Shown: positions 10,785-20,870 of the stretch, one piece after another
Position numbering within the stretch: the stretch's first letter is position 1
Layout: each line of letters begins with the position of its first letter
Assembly (NCBI GenBank): GCA_024704765.1
Contig: JAKMXF010000066.1
Span: forward strand, 500,495-564,494
Length of the DNA stretch: 64,000 nucleotides
Direction: 5' to 3'
DNA from: Oopsacas minuta
Taxonomy: Eukaryota > Animalia > Porifera
Notes under the pieces: generated by a model
Databases searched by the model: none
What the model was told of the DNA's origin: nothing
Seen by the model: the letters and a program-made list of their open reading frames with translations, nothing else
Translations under genes and position numbers: made by a program

Positions 10785-12953
10785 ATGGTAAAGACATGTC
10801 TACGAATATTTCTTATACTAATCCTGTTTAGTTGTTGTCGATCTTCTTTCATTCAATATAACGGGTTTCAGAATCTATTTTCTACCTCGCAACTTGAGAT
10901 TCCATCCAACAAAACAAAAGAATTTCTCGAAACTGCGGATTGCTCAGTTGTGAGTAGCTTAAACATTTCCATCCATAATTTGACAAAATGTTATTTTGTC
11001 CGTAATGCAGATGATTGTTCTATTGACGACGGATTCGTGAACTATCTCCAATTTCCTTACTGTGTCTTGCCCAACATTTATTGGTTGGCTATGGTAATCC
11101 TGTTTATTTGGTTAGGCTATCTTTTCATTTCGCTGGGAGCTGCAGCTGAAGAGTTCTTCTGTCCTAATCTGAATACAATTGCTAATACATTACGTCTTAG
11201 TCAGAATGTAGCTGGAGTAACATTTCTAGCATTTGGTAATGGAGCCCCTGATATATTCAGTGTTATTTCTGCAGTACGTGCTTCTCGTGATGGGGAAGCA
11301 GGTCTTGCCATGGGCGAGTTGTTCGGTGCAGGGATGTTCATAACAACAGTAATAGTCGGCGCTATTTCAATGATAAAACCATGTGAACTGCCTAAACGCC
11401 CGTTCCTCCGCGACTCAATCATCTATCTATTCTCTGTATACTGCACCTTTGTACTGCTTTGGTTCAATTTCATTGATATATACCAGTCAGCTGCTTTCAT
11501 ACTCGTGTATGTGGTCTACGTCATAATAGTAGTTGCAGGCAGAGAAGTTAGGATGTGGTATATTAGACGTCAGAAACGTAAGAAAAAGGCTGGACAGTTA
11601 GACATAAACTCTCCAAGTTTACATGTAAATGACGTCACAAATGAACCAACATCTGTACATAACGTAATAATAACTAAAGTAACAGATGATCAAGATAGTG
11701 AGGAGGTCAGTGTGAATAGGCTGACGTCACACACTAATAGTTACGGAGCTGTTAATGATAGCATAACAGAACCGTTACTGAAGGTAACAAGAGGTGCCCG
11801 CCGGGGTAATGATAGTGATAGAGAGGATAGCTTTCAAAGGAGCAAGAGTCCAATGCGGATGTTCCCCGGGGGCGGATTAAGACGTACACAATCTGGGGGG
11901 ATTGATATTAGTAGAACAGCTGGTGTAGCTTTCTTAGGGAAAGACGAGCAGGAAGATGAACGGAAGAGGAGAGCTGAAAATGCTATGCCTGATGAATCTC
12001 TGCCTGTCATTGGAAGAGGGCGGAAAGCGTCACGTCGAATTAGTGATTACATGACAGATTTCAGGCGAGATGACTTGTTATCCAGCTTCAAGGAATTCTT
12101 ATGGGCTATTTCGCCAGTGAATGAAGATTATAAGAAATTGAATTATTTTTGGAAAGTTTTCCAACTTATAAAATATCCTATTTGGTTACTTCTCACTATA
12201 ACGATACCAGTTGTAGACCTAGACGCTGAAAAGCAGAATTGGAAGAAATGGTTATTTGTACTGCAATCATTTCTATGGCCAACATTCTCATTACTAGCTA
12301 CACAGCTTAGACACATCTGGATTAGTGATACATTCCCTCTATGGGGGGTAACATTAATATTTGGATTCTTCTTAGCTATATTCGTGATTATGTCCAGTAA
12401 CTATCGCCAGCAGCCATTCTATCATATGTTATTCTCGTTTATTGGATTCGGTGTGAGTGTCATATGGATATACAGCTTGGCTAATGAGGTTGTTAATTTG
12501 TTACAAGCATTTGGTGTAGTGCTCTCGCTTACTAAGGCTATATTAGGATTGACCTTTCTCGCATGGGGTAATAGTGTAGGTGATTTCGTAGCTGATACAA
12601 CTCTGGCCAGACAGGGGTTCCCTAGAACAGGACTATCTGCTTGTTATGGTGGGCCTCTGCTAAATACTTTATTAGGAATTGGATTCGCATGGACTATAAA
12701 AGGCATAACTTCTGGAGTAACAACTTTCGAGTTGAAATTCTCTCCGTTAGAACTCGTCTCTGCAGCATTCCTTACATTCAATTTAGTTGTTACTCTAATC
12801 GTACTCACTTTAACGGGTTACAAACTCCACTGGGTATTCGGGATATATCTTTTGTTATACTATGTCGTGTTTCTGATTGTTGGAATTCTGCTAGAAGTTG
12901 GAGTTATTAATATTTGTCTACCCAACTTAACTCCTACAGATGGCAATTGCTGA
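10785..12953 (+). CDS. SLC8B1: Na+/Li+/Ca2+ exchanger NCLX (CCX family), intronless
   Basis: Signal peptide; FVNYLQFPYC; alpha-1 GVTFLAFGNGAPDIFS; alpha-2 GLTFLAWGNSVGD; ACYGGPLLNTLLGIG; long charged cytosolic loop. Confidence 0.9.
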   Translation: MVKTCLRIFLILILFSCCRSSFIQYNGFQNLFSTSQLEIPSNKTKEFLETADCSVVSSLNISIHNLTKCYFVRNADDCSIDDGFVNYLQFPYCVLPNIYWLAMVILFIWLGYLFISLGAAAEEFFCPNLNTIANTLRLSQNVAGVTFLAFGNGAPDIFSVISAVRASRDGEAGLAMGELFGAGMFITTVIVGAISMIKPCELPKRPFLRDSIIYLFSVYCTFVLLWFNFIDIYQSAAFILVYVVYVIIVVAGREVRMWYIRRQKRKKKAGQLDINSPSLHVNDVTNEPTSVHNVIITKVTDDQDSEEVSVNRLTSHTNSYGAVNDSITEPLLKVTRGARRGNDSDREDSFQRSKSPMRMFPGGGLRRTQSGGIDISRTAGVAFLGKDEQEDERKRRAENAMPDESLPVIGRGRKASRRISDYMTDFRRDDLLSSFKEFLWAISPVNEDYKKLNYFWKVFQLIKYPIWLLLTITIPVVDLDAEKQNWKKWLFVLQSFLWPTFSLLATQLRHIWISDTFPLWGVTLIFGFFLAIFVIMSSNYRQQPFYHMLFSFIGFGVSVIWIYSLANEVVNLLQAFGVVLSLTKAILGLTFLAWGNSVGDFVADTTLARQGFPRTGLSACYGGPLLNTLLGIGFAWTIKGITSGVTTFELKFSPLELVSAAFLTFNLVVTLIVLTLTGYKLHWVFGIYLLLYYVVFLIVGILLEVGVINICLPNLTPTDGNC

Positions 12954-13125
12954 ATATATAAGTATACGAAACTTTTATTTGATAGCATTTTTAATATTAT
13001 TTTTACGTTTTAAGCTTGTATTTAACATGTCCCTTTTTTATTGCATTGTCAATATCTTATATTTGCTTCTATATTTTTGTAGTTAATATTTTAGCAATAC
13101 TTTGTGGTTGTTTATGTAGCTGGTA

Positions 13126-13252
13126 CAGTAAACTCCTGTTATAACGAATGATTCTTTACCCCCTATAACTTAAAAATAGTAATTGATTTTACTCCGCTCA
13201 CAACGAACTGAAATCGGGGTCCCAAGCACATTGTTATAACGAGAGTTTACTG
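13126..13252. mobile_element. MITE family A' (CAGTAAACTCC..GTTATAACGA TIR, TA TSD)
   Basis: Matching inverted ends and TA flanks; a related copy is at 52600-52738 and a left-end fragment at 24213. Confidence 0.75.
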
Positions 13253-13623
13253 TACATTCTTTACTATAAAAATCAAGCTATACGTATTAATTTACCCACT
13301 GAAGTTCTATATTGTCCCACGTGTACCCACTTCTTCGCATATACTCTGAACTATAGCTGAGATAAATATATTTATACAGAATGTGACCTGTAATGTGACT
13401 GTTGAGCAATACTAGTGGGTTTAATTTAATCTCCATACCCCTGACCTAATACTCTACAATATAATGTGTGTACTATGATACAACTGCACATGATTATTTA
13501 TCACTATAATAGTTACAAATATACATCACATGAACATTATACACACGAATTTATATGTCGAAACGTTTTGTTATATTTGCTGTTATTGAATTAAAATTGT
13601 TTACTAACAATTAGTGTTATAAT

Positions 13624-14457
13624 ATGGCTTATAACAAGCTAATAACAATTCTACATGTGACAGACATACATGATTCATTCGATAATATCAAAGCCCTTGA
13701 ATTACAACTTAATACAGACGGAATAGCTGTTGACATTATCCTCGTGTCAGGAGATATCTCTACCATGCCAATGGGCATTAATCCCAATGATTTAGACCTG
13801 ATTGCAACATTTGAGAAATCAGTCATCAAGGTATTGACAGAGCTATTTAAAATATGCCCAAAGGTTGTATATATACCTGGAAATCATGATCCCATCAATT
13901 TCTTTAATAAATTTGAATATCCGCTTATAAACGACAATATTATAAATTTACATAAGGACATGTTCCGTATAGCTGACGGGCTAGTAGTAGTTGGGTTTGG
14001 AGGTTCGCTCCCTGGTTACAAATCTGGTGTTATGGAATGGGATGGATTTCCACATCACCAAACAGATACCTATGAAGCTGAACTGGAACCTTTTCTAGCC
14101 CGCATTTTGTCGAATAATCCAGAAATCACAGAATATATTGCTGAGGATGACGTCATTATTTTAATGACTCATGTTGGTCCTGATGGCTTCCCAACTGCAA
14201 TCGACTACACAGAACCAAATACCCCTATTACATGTGGATCTACCAGTTTACGTAAATGTTTGCTCTCCAATGCTCAAAATAAAGTTATACTAAATATCCA
14301 TGGACATACTCATGTAGGTATAGGACATAATCTGATCGGTAAAATTACAGTTTCTAATCCAGGACCCCTTAAATCAGGGAAATATGGTTTGTATACCTTT
14401 AGCAGGTTAGAGAAGCTTTGGAAGATCACATCTATCCACTTGAATGCTATAAAATAA
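13624..14457 (+). CDS. Calcineurin-like metallophosphoesterase (Icc-related)
   Basis: All five motifs present: DIH, SGDIS, PGNHD, MTH, HGHTH; terminal NPGPL. Confidence 0.85.
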   Translation: MAYNKLITILHVTDIHDSFDNIKALELQLNTDGIAVDIILVSGDISTMPMGINPNDLDLIATFEKSVIKVLTELFKICPKVVYIPGNHDPINFFNKFEYPLINDNIINLHKDMFRIADGLVVVGFGGSLPGYKSGVMEWDGFPHHQTDTYEAELEPFLARILSNNPEITEYIAEDDVIILMTHVGPDGFPTAIDYTEPNTPITCGSTSLRKCLLSNAQNKVILNIHGHTHVGIGHNLIGKITVSNPGPLKSGKYGLYTFSRLEKLWKITSIHLNAIK

Positions 14458-14855
14458 TATATTATTATTCTATTTCGATATTTCAGTAGAACCTCTCATT
14501 AGTTCGAACACAGTTAATACGAATAAATATTTACACAAAGTAGGTCCCTACAATGGGTAACTGAATACTGCCGGGAATATGTGTGATTTTATGACCTCAA
14601 AAAGGTGCTAAAATTTCGTTCTTGGTGCGGGAATTGGTTGAAACGAACTGGTAAAATTTTAGTATTCCATTTCATGACGAACGTAACACTGACCGTACGT
14701 AATCGCTTAATTAACGTTAGCGCCAGTAGCCTACCAAGGCTGGCAGCCCGCTGGTTACGTTACTGTGGAGGTTACACTGTATTCTAAAGCGTAAATTAAA
14801 ATTTGATGAACGCTTTTACCTAACATTAGCTATTGTATATTGATAATCTGAATAT

Positions 14856-15416
14856 ATGGCTACTTCTCTCAGACTATTTTCGATACAAAGTCCTCTCTAC
14901 GTTATATTATTCACTCTAGCTTGTTTCTGTATTTGGGAAGCTTTTGGATTCATAATTGTCACAAAACGTGAAACCGCTAGCATAGCCTCACAGATCATAG
15001 AAGATAACATAATCTCACAGAGTAGCGAGAAAACCTATAGCTCTCCTGATAATTCCCCTCTTGCTGTTAGTTCATCACAATTATACTGTGTAGACGGAGA
15101 TTGTACTTGTAAATCTCTGGGCTGTTTTGAATGCTCAAAAGCTGAAATAGAAATTCCTGAATTGAAAGAATTTTGTGAGTCAGAACATTCTTTTCAGAAA
15201 TTTGAATGTGAGCGAGGAAATCTCTTGAAATATGCAAGTTGTCAAAGTGAAAATTTCTCACCTTTCAGACCAGTTGAAGAAATGAGATTCCTCAAATTTG
15301 AGGTATTTTGTTTTATACTATCTATTATTTCCTATGTTGTCGTGTGGAAGAGAAAGAGGGTAGGAGAGAGAGTTATTGTGAAGAGAATACAGAAACTTAT
15401 TGAAGACCCAATATAA
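14856..15416 (+). CDS. JTB: Jumping translocation breakpoint protein homolog
   Basis: N-terminal hydrophobic segment, Cys-rich lumenal domain, EEMRFLKFEVFCFILSIISYVVVWKRKR TM and basic tail ending KRIQKLIE, as in JTB. Confidence 0.75.
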   Translation: MATSLRLFSIQSPLYVILFTLACFCIWEAFGFIIVTKRETASIASQIIEDNIISQSSEKTYSSPDNSPLAVSSSQLYCVDGDCTCKSLGCFECSKAEIEIPELKEFCESEHSFQKFECERGNLLKYASCQSENFSPFRPVEEMRFLKFEVFCFILSIISYVVVWKRKRVGERVIVKRIQKLIEDPI

Positions 15417-15820
15417 TTTAAGAGCTCTGTCATATACATTTACCATTCATTAATGACTCAACAATTTATACTTTTATAGTTGATAAATAATTACACTGAT
15501 TTGTTGTTGCAATCCAGAAACGCTCGTCTATGATTTGGCTCTTGACGTCCCCAATAAGCAATGAGGGATGATTTGTGGGCCTATTGTCTTGGTTCACTAA
15601 AAATGCAAATGCGTTAAATATATGTATATCTATTGTACCAGGGATATTGCGTATAATAACAACTTGGTTAACACTTTTATGCTATGCTATTAAGTAACGT
15701 ATAACTTATTACATCAGTTTAATTCGTGTAATTTGTGATTTGTATTAATTAGAAATATCTACATAAACGATTTAATTCATTTTACTTTCTAGTTGTAATA
15801 GTTAAACTGATATAATAATA

Positions 15821-18623
15821 ATGCAAACAGAACTGCCTCGTACAGAGCCCTGCTATATATCTCGATTGCCTTGTGAAGTTTGGTTAAATATTCTCAGTTC
15901 TCATGGACTATCCAGTAGAGATCTAGTAGCAGTCGAGAATACTTCTATTTTCTTCAGAATACCTCAAAAACTATTCAATGGTGAGATAATGGAATTAAAA
16001 TCAAGATAATTAAGAGTAAAACAACTTGTATATCATCTGTTATATTTATATGTTCTCTATCAGGAGCTTCTATAACAGAGGAATCTGCTAGAGTAGCTAT
16101 TACATTGGATTTTAAGAGATTTGGACAGTTTTGTTCTAAAAGAGAAGGTATTGAATTATGCATTATTTATTAAATTAGATGTATTATATTTCCAAGTGGT
16201 TTTCTACCTAGATATTTGTTTGTTTGTCTAATTAGCACTGATATTCCTTCATCTTTCATACTCAGTATTCGAGTCTATGCTATTTGTAGGATTTGAATCT
16301 TGGAAACACGTATTGAATCTGGTAGAACAACTCAATCATACATCAAGGAAATTAGCTTCTGGAGCGTTCCAGAACCTGTTTGTCACTCCCAACAGGTAAC
16401 CGTCATTATATACTAATATACAATCACAATCTTATGAATAATACTGGTGAATTTATATAGTCAGCTGTTATCCTGGGGAGCTGGTAAGCTGGGACAGCTG
16501 GGTAATGGTAAGAGAGAGGATAACAATAATGTTAGTGACATCACTAGAAGTTTTCTACCCCCAGCTGAGAGAATAGTGCATGTGAGTTAGTACAGTGGAG
16601 TTCGCCTATTTGCAAGTTGTATTTTGCACGAATTTCCCTTGCTACAACGTAAAACGCAAACTACGTATTAGGGGAGTTATTTCCAATGCAAAATCGACGC
16701 TTAAGTTCTTGAAAAAACTTGCTAATAAGCGATTATTCCTAATAGGCTAAACCATTGTAGATCTTGTTGTTATTGTATTGTATATTAGGTATCAGCGGGA
16801 CTAGCTCATGGTATGGTAGTGACTGATTCAGGATCTGTATATGCCATTGGAGATGGTAGATACTATCAAACAGGTAAATACACTCTTCCAATTACTACTG
16901 TAAATTTATATTTGTTATTATTTGCTATTAGGCATGGGTAACAAGGCAGTGCTATTGAATCCACTAATAGTTACTCCTATTCATCAGCATCATGTCATAC
17001 AGACATCTTGTGGAGGTTCTCATAGCTTATTTCTAACAGACATGGTATGTAATATACAGTTAACTTCCGTAATATCGAATTACCCGCTTATATCTAAGTC
17101 TGAAATTGTACAAATATGGTCCCGAACTGTCAAAGTAACAAATATTCCATCGGTTATATCGAATTCAACAGGGAGATGTATATTCAGTTGGTTATGGAGA
17201 ACAAGGACAACTTGGGCTGGGATTGGGGGCTAATACAGGTTCTACTTCTATTCCTAAGAAGATAGAGTTGATGGATAACTCAGTAATTATCTCTATTAGC
17301 TCTACAGTTACACACAATAGTATGTAAGCTATCATAATTAGAATACACGATAAATGAATTAATATTCTTTAATGAATACTTTTGTAGTATTACTAACGTT
17401 ACAAGGCTCTGTGTATGCATTTGGTTTGAGGGTAGAAGGAATGCTGGGTATAGAGACTAGTATGTCTACTGCAGGACCTCATATTACTGATTCTGTTGCG
17501 TTTAAGGTTAGCTTAATATTGTTAATAAATACCTGCAGTATAGATCAGCGGTTTCCACGGGGTCCACGAGTTAAAATGTTGGGAGCCGTTATATGTTTAA
17601 GACGTGTATTTAGCCAGTAAAGATTCCTAATCTGGAGAATATTCGGGAAGTTACAGCTTGTCCTGGTCGTTCTATTTGTATTGATAAACGAGGTTTGTTT
17701 ATACATATAACTAATCCTAGCATTACTTCCATAAAAGTACATGTTATTATTATGTAGGTAGAGTGTACACATTTGGAACCTGTAGGAAAGGTTCACTTGG
17801 TCATGGTGATACAAGACCTCAGAAAACTCCAAAAATTGTAGAAGCATTATTGGTTAGTAAATAGAAATACAATTCTTACAATTTGAATGAATTATGAGTA
17901 CGTATTTGTATATAGGAATATAAGATAGCTCATGCGTTTGGAGGTGCGTTAGTATCAATCTTCCTAACTGATGAGGGTCATCCTTTCTGGTGTGGTTATG
18001 GTATGGGAGAGATGTATGAGGTAATTACATCATTTATTTTGTATATTTACTTCTAAATATGTAAGCTAATTTATCCCTTTTTTGTGTTTAGTTTCCAACT
18101 TGTCTTCCTACATGTATTCGAGTACCTGAGAAGATTATAGGAGCTTCTATTGGAGATTCTCATATATTACTTCTGTCTCAGTATGTATACTACAGTCAAC
18201 TCTCGTTATATCGAACACGGATATTTCGAAATACTTGCTTATATCAAAGTTCTCAATTATACAAATATGGCCCTAAACCGTCTGAGTAGCATAATTTCTT
18301 TGGTTATACCGAAGTAATTATCGCGGTCCCATGAGCTTCGATATAATAGGAGTTGACTGTACAGTAAAAAATATTTCGGAACACAGTAACAAATGTCAAA
18401 CAAAAGTAACTTTCATCTGTCTAGAAAATAGCAAGCGTTGTAGAATTTTATTAAACGAAGCTACAAAGCAAACTTTCCTAGGAAATACGGTTCAAAACTT
18501 GTAATCAAACTCTTCTTTAGGAACAACAATATCTATAGTGTTGGTATGAATACTCGTGGACAGACAGGACACGATATATCTATACAGAAAATTGACAAAT
18601 TCACACGATTCCATTACTCATAG
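15821..18623 (+). CDS. F-box + RCC1-repeat protein (SCF-type adaptor), about 12 exons
   Basis: Exon 1 has F-box LPCEVWLNILS; spliced exons give GASITEESAR..GFESWKHVL and RCC1 repeats (WGAGKLGQLGNG, SCGGSHSLFL, GYGEQGQLGLG, TFGTCRKGSLGHG, GMNTRGQTG); phases consistent up to the stop at 18621-18623. Confidence 0.82.
16593..16757. mobile_element. MITE family B (CAGTGGAGTTCGCCTATTAGCAAG TIR, TA TSD)
   Basis: Shared with 35610-35763, 37834-37977, 58772-58889 and a fragment near 51338; internal GAATTTCCCTTGCT and TTCCAATACAAAAT motifs. Confidence 0.8.
17057..17165. mobile_element. MITE family A (truncated), filling most of a 127-bp intron
   Basis: TA-CAGTTAACTTCCGTAATATCGAA start and family A internal motifs; intron 17045-17171. 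Confidence 0.75.
18193..18359. mobile_element. MITE family A, near full length
   Basis: TA-CAGTCAACTCTCGTTATATCGAA ... TTCGATATAATAGGAGTTGACTG-TA; last intron of the F-box/RCC1 gene. Confidence 0.88.
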
Positions 18624-18981
18624 AATTATTATATATCACCAAAATAACTTGTAATATCTGCTGTATGTTAGAATTGTATATTTATATATTTTGTTGTTAT
18701 TTTGATTCGCTATTATTTCTCGTGCTTTTATACTTCTGTTATAAATTATTTTGATTAAAGTTGCTATGAATATTTGAGTCTCCCTAAATCTGTCATATTT
18801 CTAATGTGAGGGAAGTTAACCAAAGGAATTAATAGATTTCGCTTGGGAAGAACATTCGAAATTTGACAGTACAGTTTTTGCAAATTGTTGCGGACAATAA
18901 GAATCGAGTGATAATAATAAATAACGAGCCTTTGGCTCGTTATTTCTTGTATTTTAGCTGATCATCTCCACAAATCTGATA

Positions 18982-19115
18982 CAGTAGAACTCGGATAAGA
19001 CTTACCTACAGGAACTAAATTTTAGTTTGAATGAAGGAGTACGTATTGACCGAGTCATCTGACCTCCGTTCTTATCCGAGAACGGAGGTCAGGTCTTCTT
19101 ATCCGAGTTGTACAG
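18982..19115. mobile_element. MITE family D (CAGTAGAACTCGGATAAGAC TIR, TA TSD)
   Basis: Inverted ends and TA flanks; relatives at 33096-33180, 55291-55414, near 56899 and a right end at 49623. Confidence 0.75.
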
Positions 19116-19354
19116 TATTAGAACCCAATTCATCATAGATGTAGTTGTATTGTATGATGTCACTAAGTAAATTTTCTGCCAATCAATTTCTGCTTACAAC
19201 TAAGGAAACAATCTGATTGGCTGAGAGAGACAGAAGGATATAGGCATTATGTACTTATAATTGTATTTGTAATAAAGAGGTTGCAGAAAGGAGCTCTCCT
19301 GGAATGATACCGTATTAGTGGGTGATATTTTGAGTCCCATCTGACCTCCGGAAT

Positions 19355-19901
19355 ATGTCTCCATACTTTTTATGCAAAAAATTAGAATATTTGAATACTT
19401 ACAGTCGAAGAAAGCGAATTGGCAGTTTAGTTGTTACTTTAATCTTCTCACTTTTACTCTTTTTATTATTTCTATACGATCTTTGTATTATTTTGGCTAC
19501 TGGAAATCCTGACTACTCAACACACGTGGCTACAGATTATATCCCGGTAAGTATCAGATGTTTATTTGAATTTGAAGAGTTGATTTTTTCAGAAACTTTG
19601 TATTTATACTGGATCTGATTAAATTAACAACTAATACTCCTGGAGTGTAGGTTTACATATCTATTTACTTCCTGTTAGGACATCTCATACTCTTAAAGAT
19701 TAAAATTTTGACGAAATATAACATTACATTGCATTGCAAATATTGCTTTCTACGCGTTCTTGACAACTAACCGTACGTATTATAACTATTCACTTTAGCT
19801 ATTTCAGATGCTTTCCTGTTACACATTACTCTACTCACTAATCTCATCATGGTCTATCTCTAATCGTCTCATGCTCACTTTATCCCTTATTGCTGGAGGT
19901 T

Positions 19902-19967
<66 letters not shown>

Positions 19968-20518
19968 TCCTCTCCTTAATGTCCTGAATTTCGTACTTAT
20001 TAAACATATTAATAGAGACTATTTTGACTGAGTGTCTTCTCTAAATAGGGATTGTATTCAAATGAATGGAGATATTATTTGTTGAAAGAAGTTGTACATC
20101 TTATCCGAACGAGAATTAACGAGAAACCATTACACTTTAATGTACAAAATTAATTTGCATTTTTTGTTCTTAGGACTTGTCGCTCTAACTCTGATGGCAC
20201 GGATATCTCTCAATTTAGCATTCATCAGCTTCTACTCAGAAAAGTATGTGGATACTCCTTGAACAATGTCAGTTTGTTAGCATCTCTGTGTATAATATCA
20301 AAAAGTAATTATCGCGGTCCATTGAGTTTCGATATAATAGGAGTTTGCTGTATGTATCAATTATAAATTTATGGACATTCAAAAGATGATAGTTTGAGTT
20401 TTATATCGGATATTTTGGTGATAGCCAAGTACATCACTGCTCCAAATTAGTGAGAAGTACACTGAAGCCCCACATGATGAATGATAGCGAATATATTCCT
20501 CCAAACAGACAGGCTTGA
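19355..20518 (+). CDS. Predicted small multi-pass membrane protein, 4 exons (19355-19546, 19808-19898, 20174-20243, 20425-20518), about 148 aa
   Basis: Canonical donors (GTAAGT, GTTAGT, GTATGT) and acceptors join in phase 0/1/2 into an uninterrupted frame with about 3 hydrophobic segments. Confidence 0.55.
19905..19963. repeat. (AC)n microsatellite, about 29 units
   Basis: Pure AC run starting just after a predicted donor site. Confidence 0.97.
20300..20350. mobile_element. MITE family A right-end fragment
   Basis: AAGTAATTATCGCGGTCCATTGAGTTTCGATATAATAGGAGTTTGCTG-TA matches the family A end. Confidence 0.7.
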
Positions 20519-20870
20519 TAACATTGAAATACTTTCTAATTCTAAATTATTGAATGCCTTACGCTCTAGACTGCTTCTTATAATTACTACGTTAGCATTG
20601 TAACCATGAAATAATAATAACCTCTATGCGTATATGTATATATTCAGTTAAATTACTAAAATCTCTATTTAATTACAATTTCAGTCCTTCAAATACAATG
20701 CGATTCAATTTACATATGTCATCCTATCCTTGCCATGAATGTAAACAGTCAACACAAAATACACAATATAAAGAGCTTAATAGTATTCAACAACTGTACT
20801 TCTATAACATGCAGCTTATCAATGTTATAAAAACTATAGCAAATACTAATCCAGAAAGATACGTAGAACT

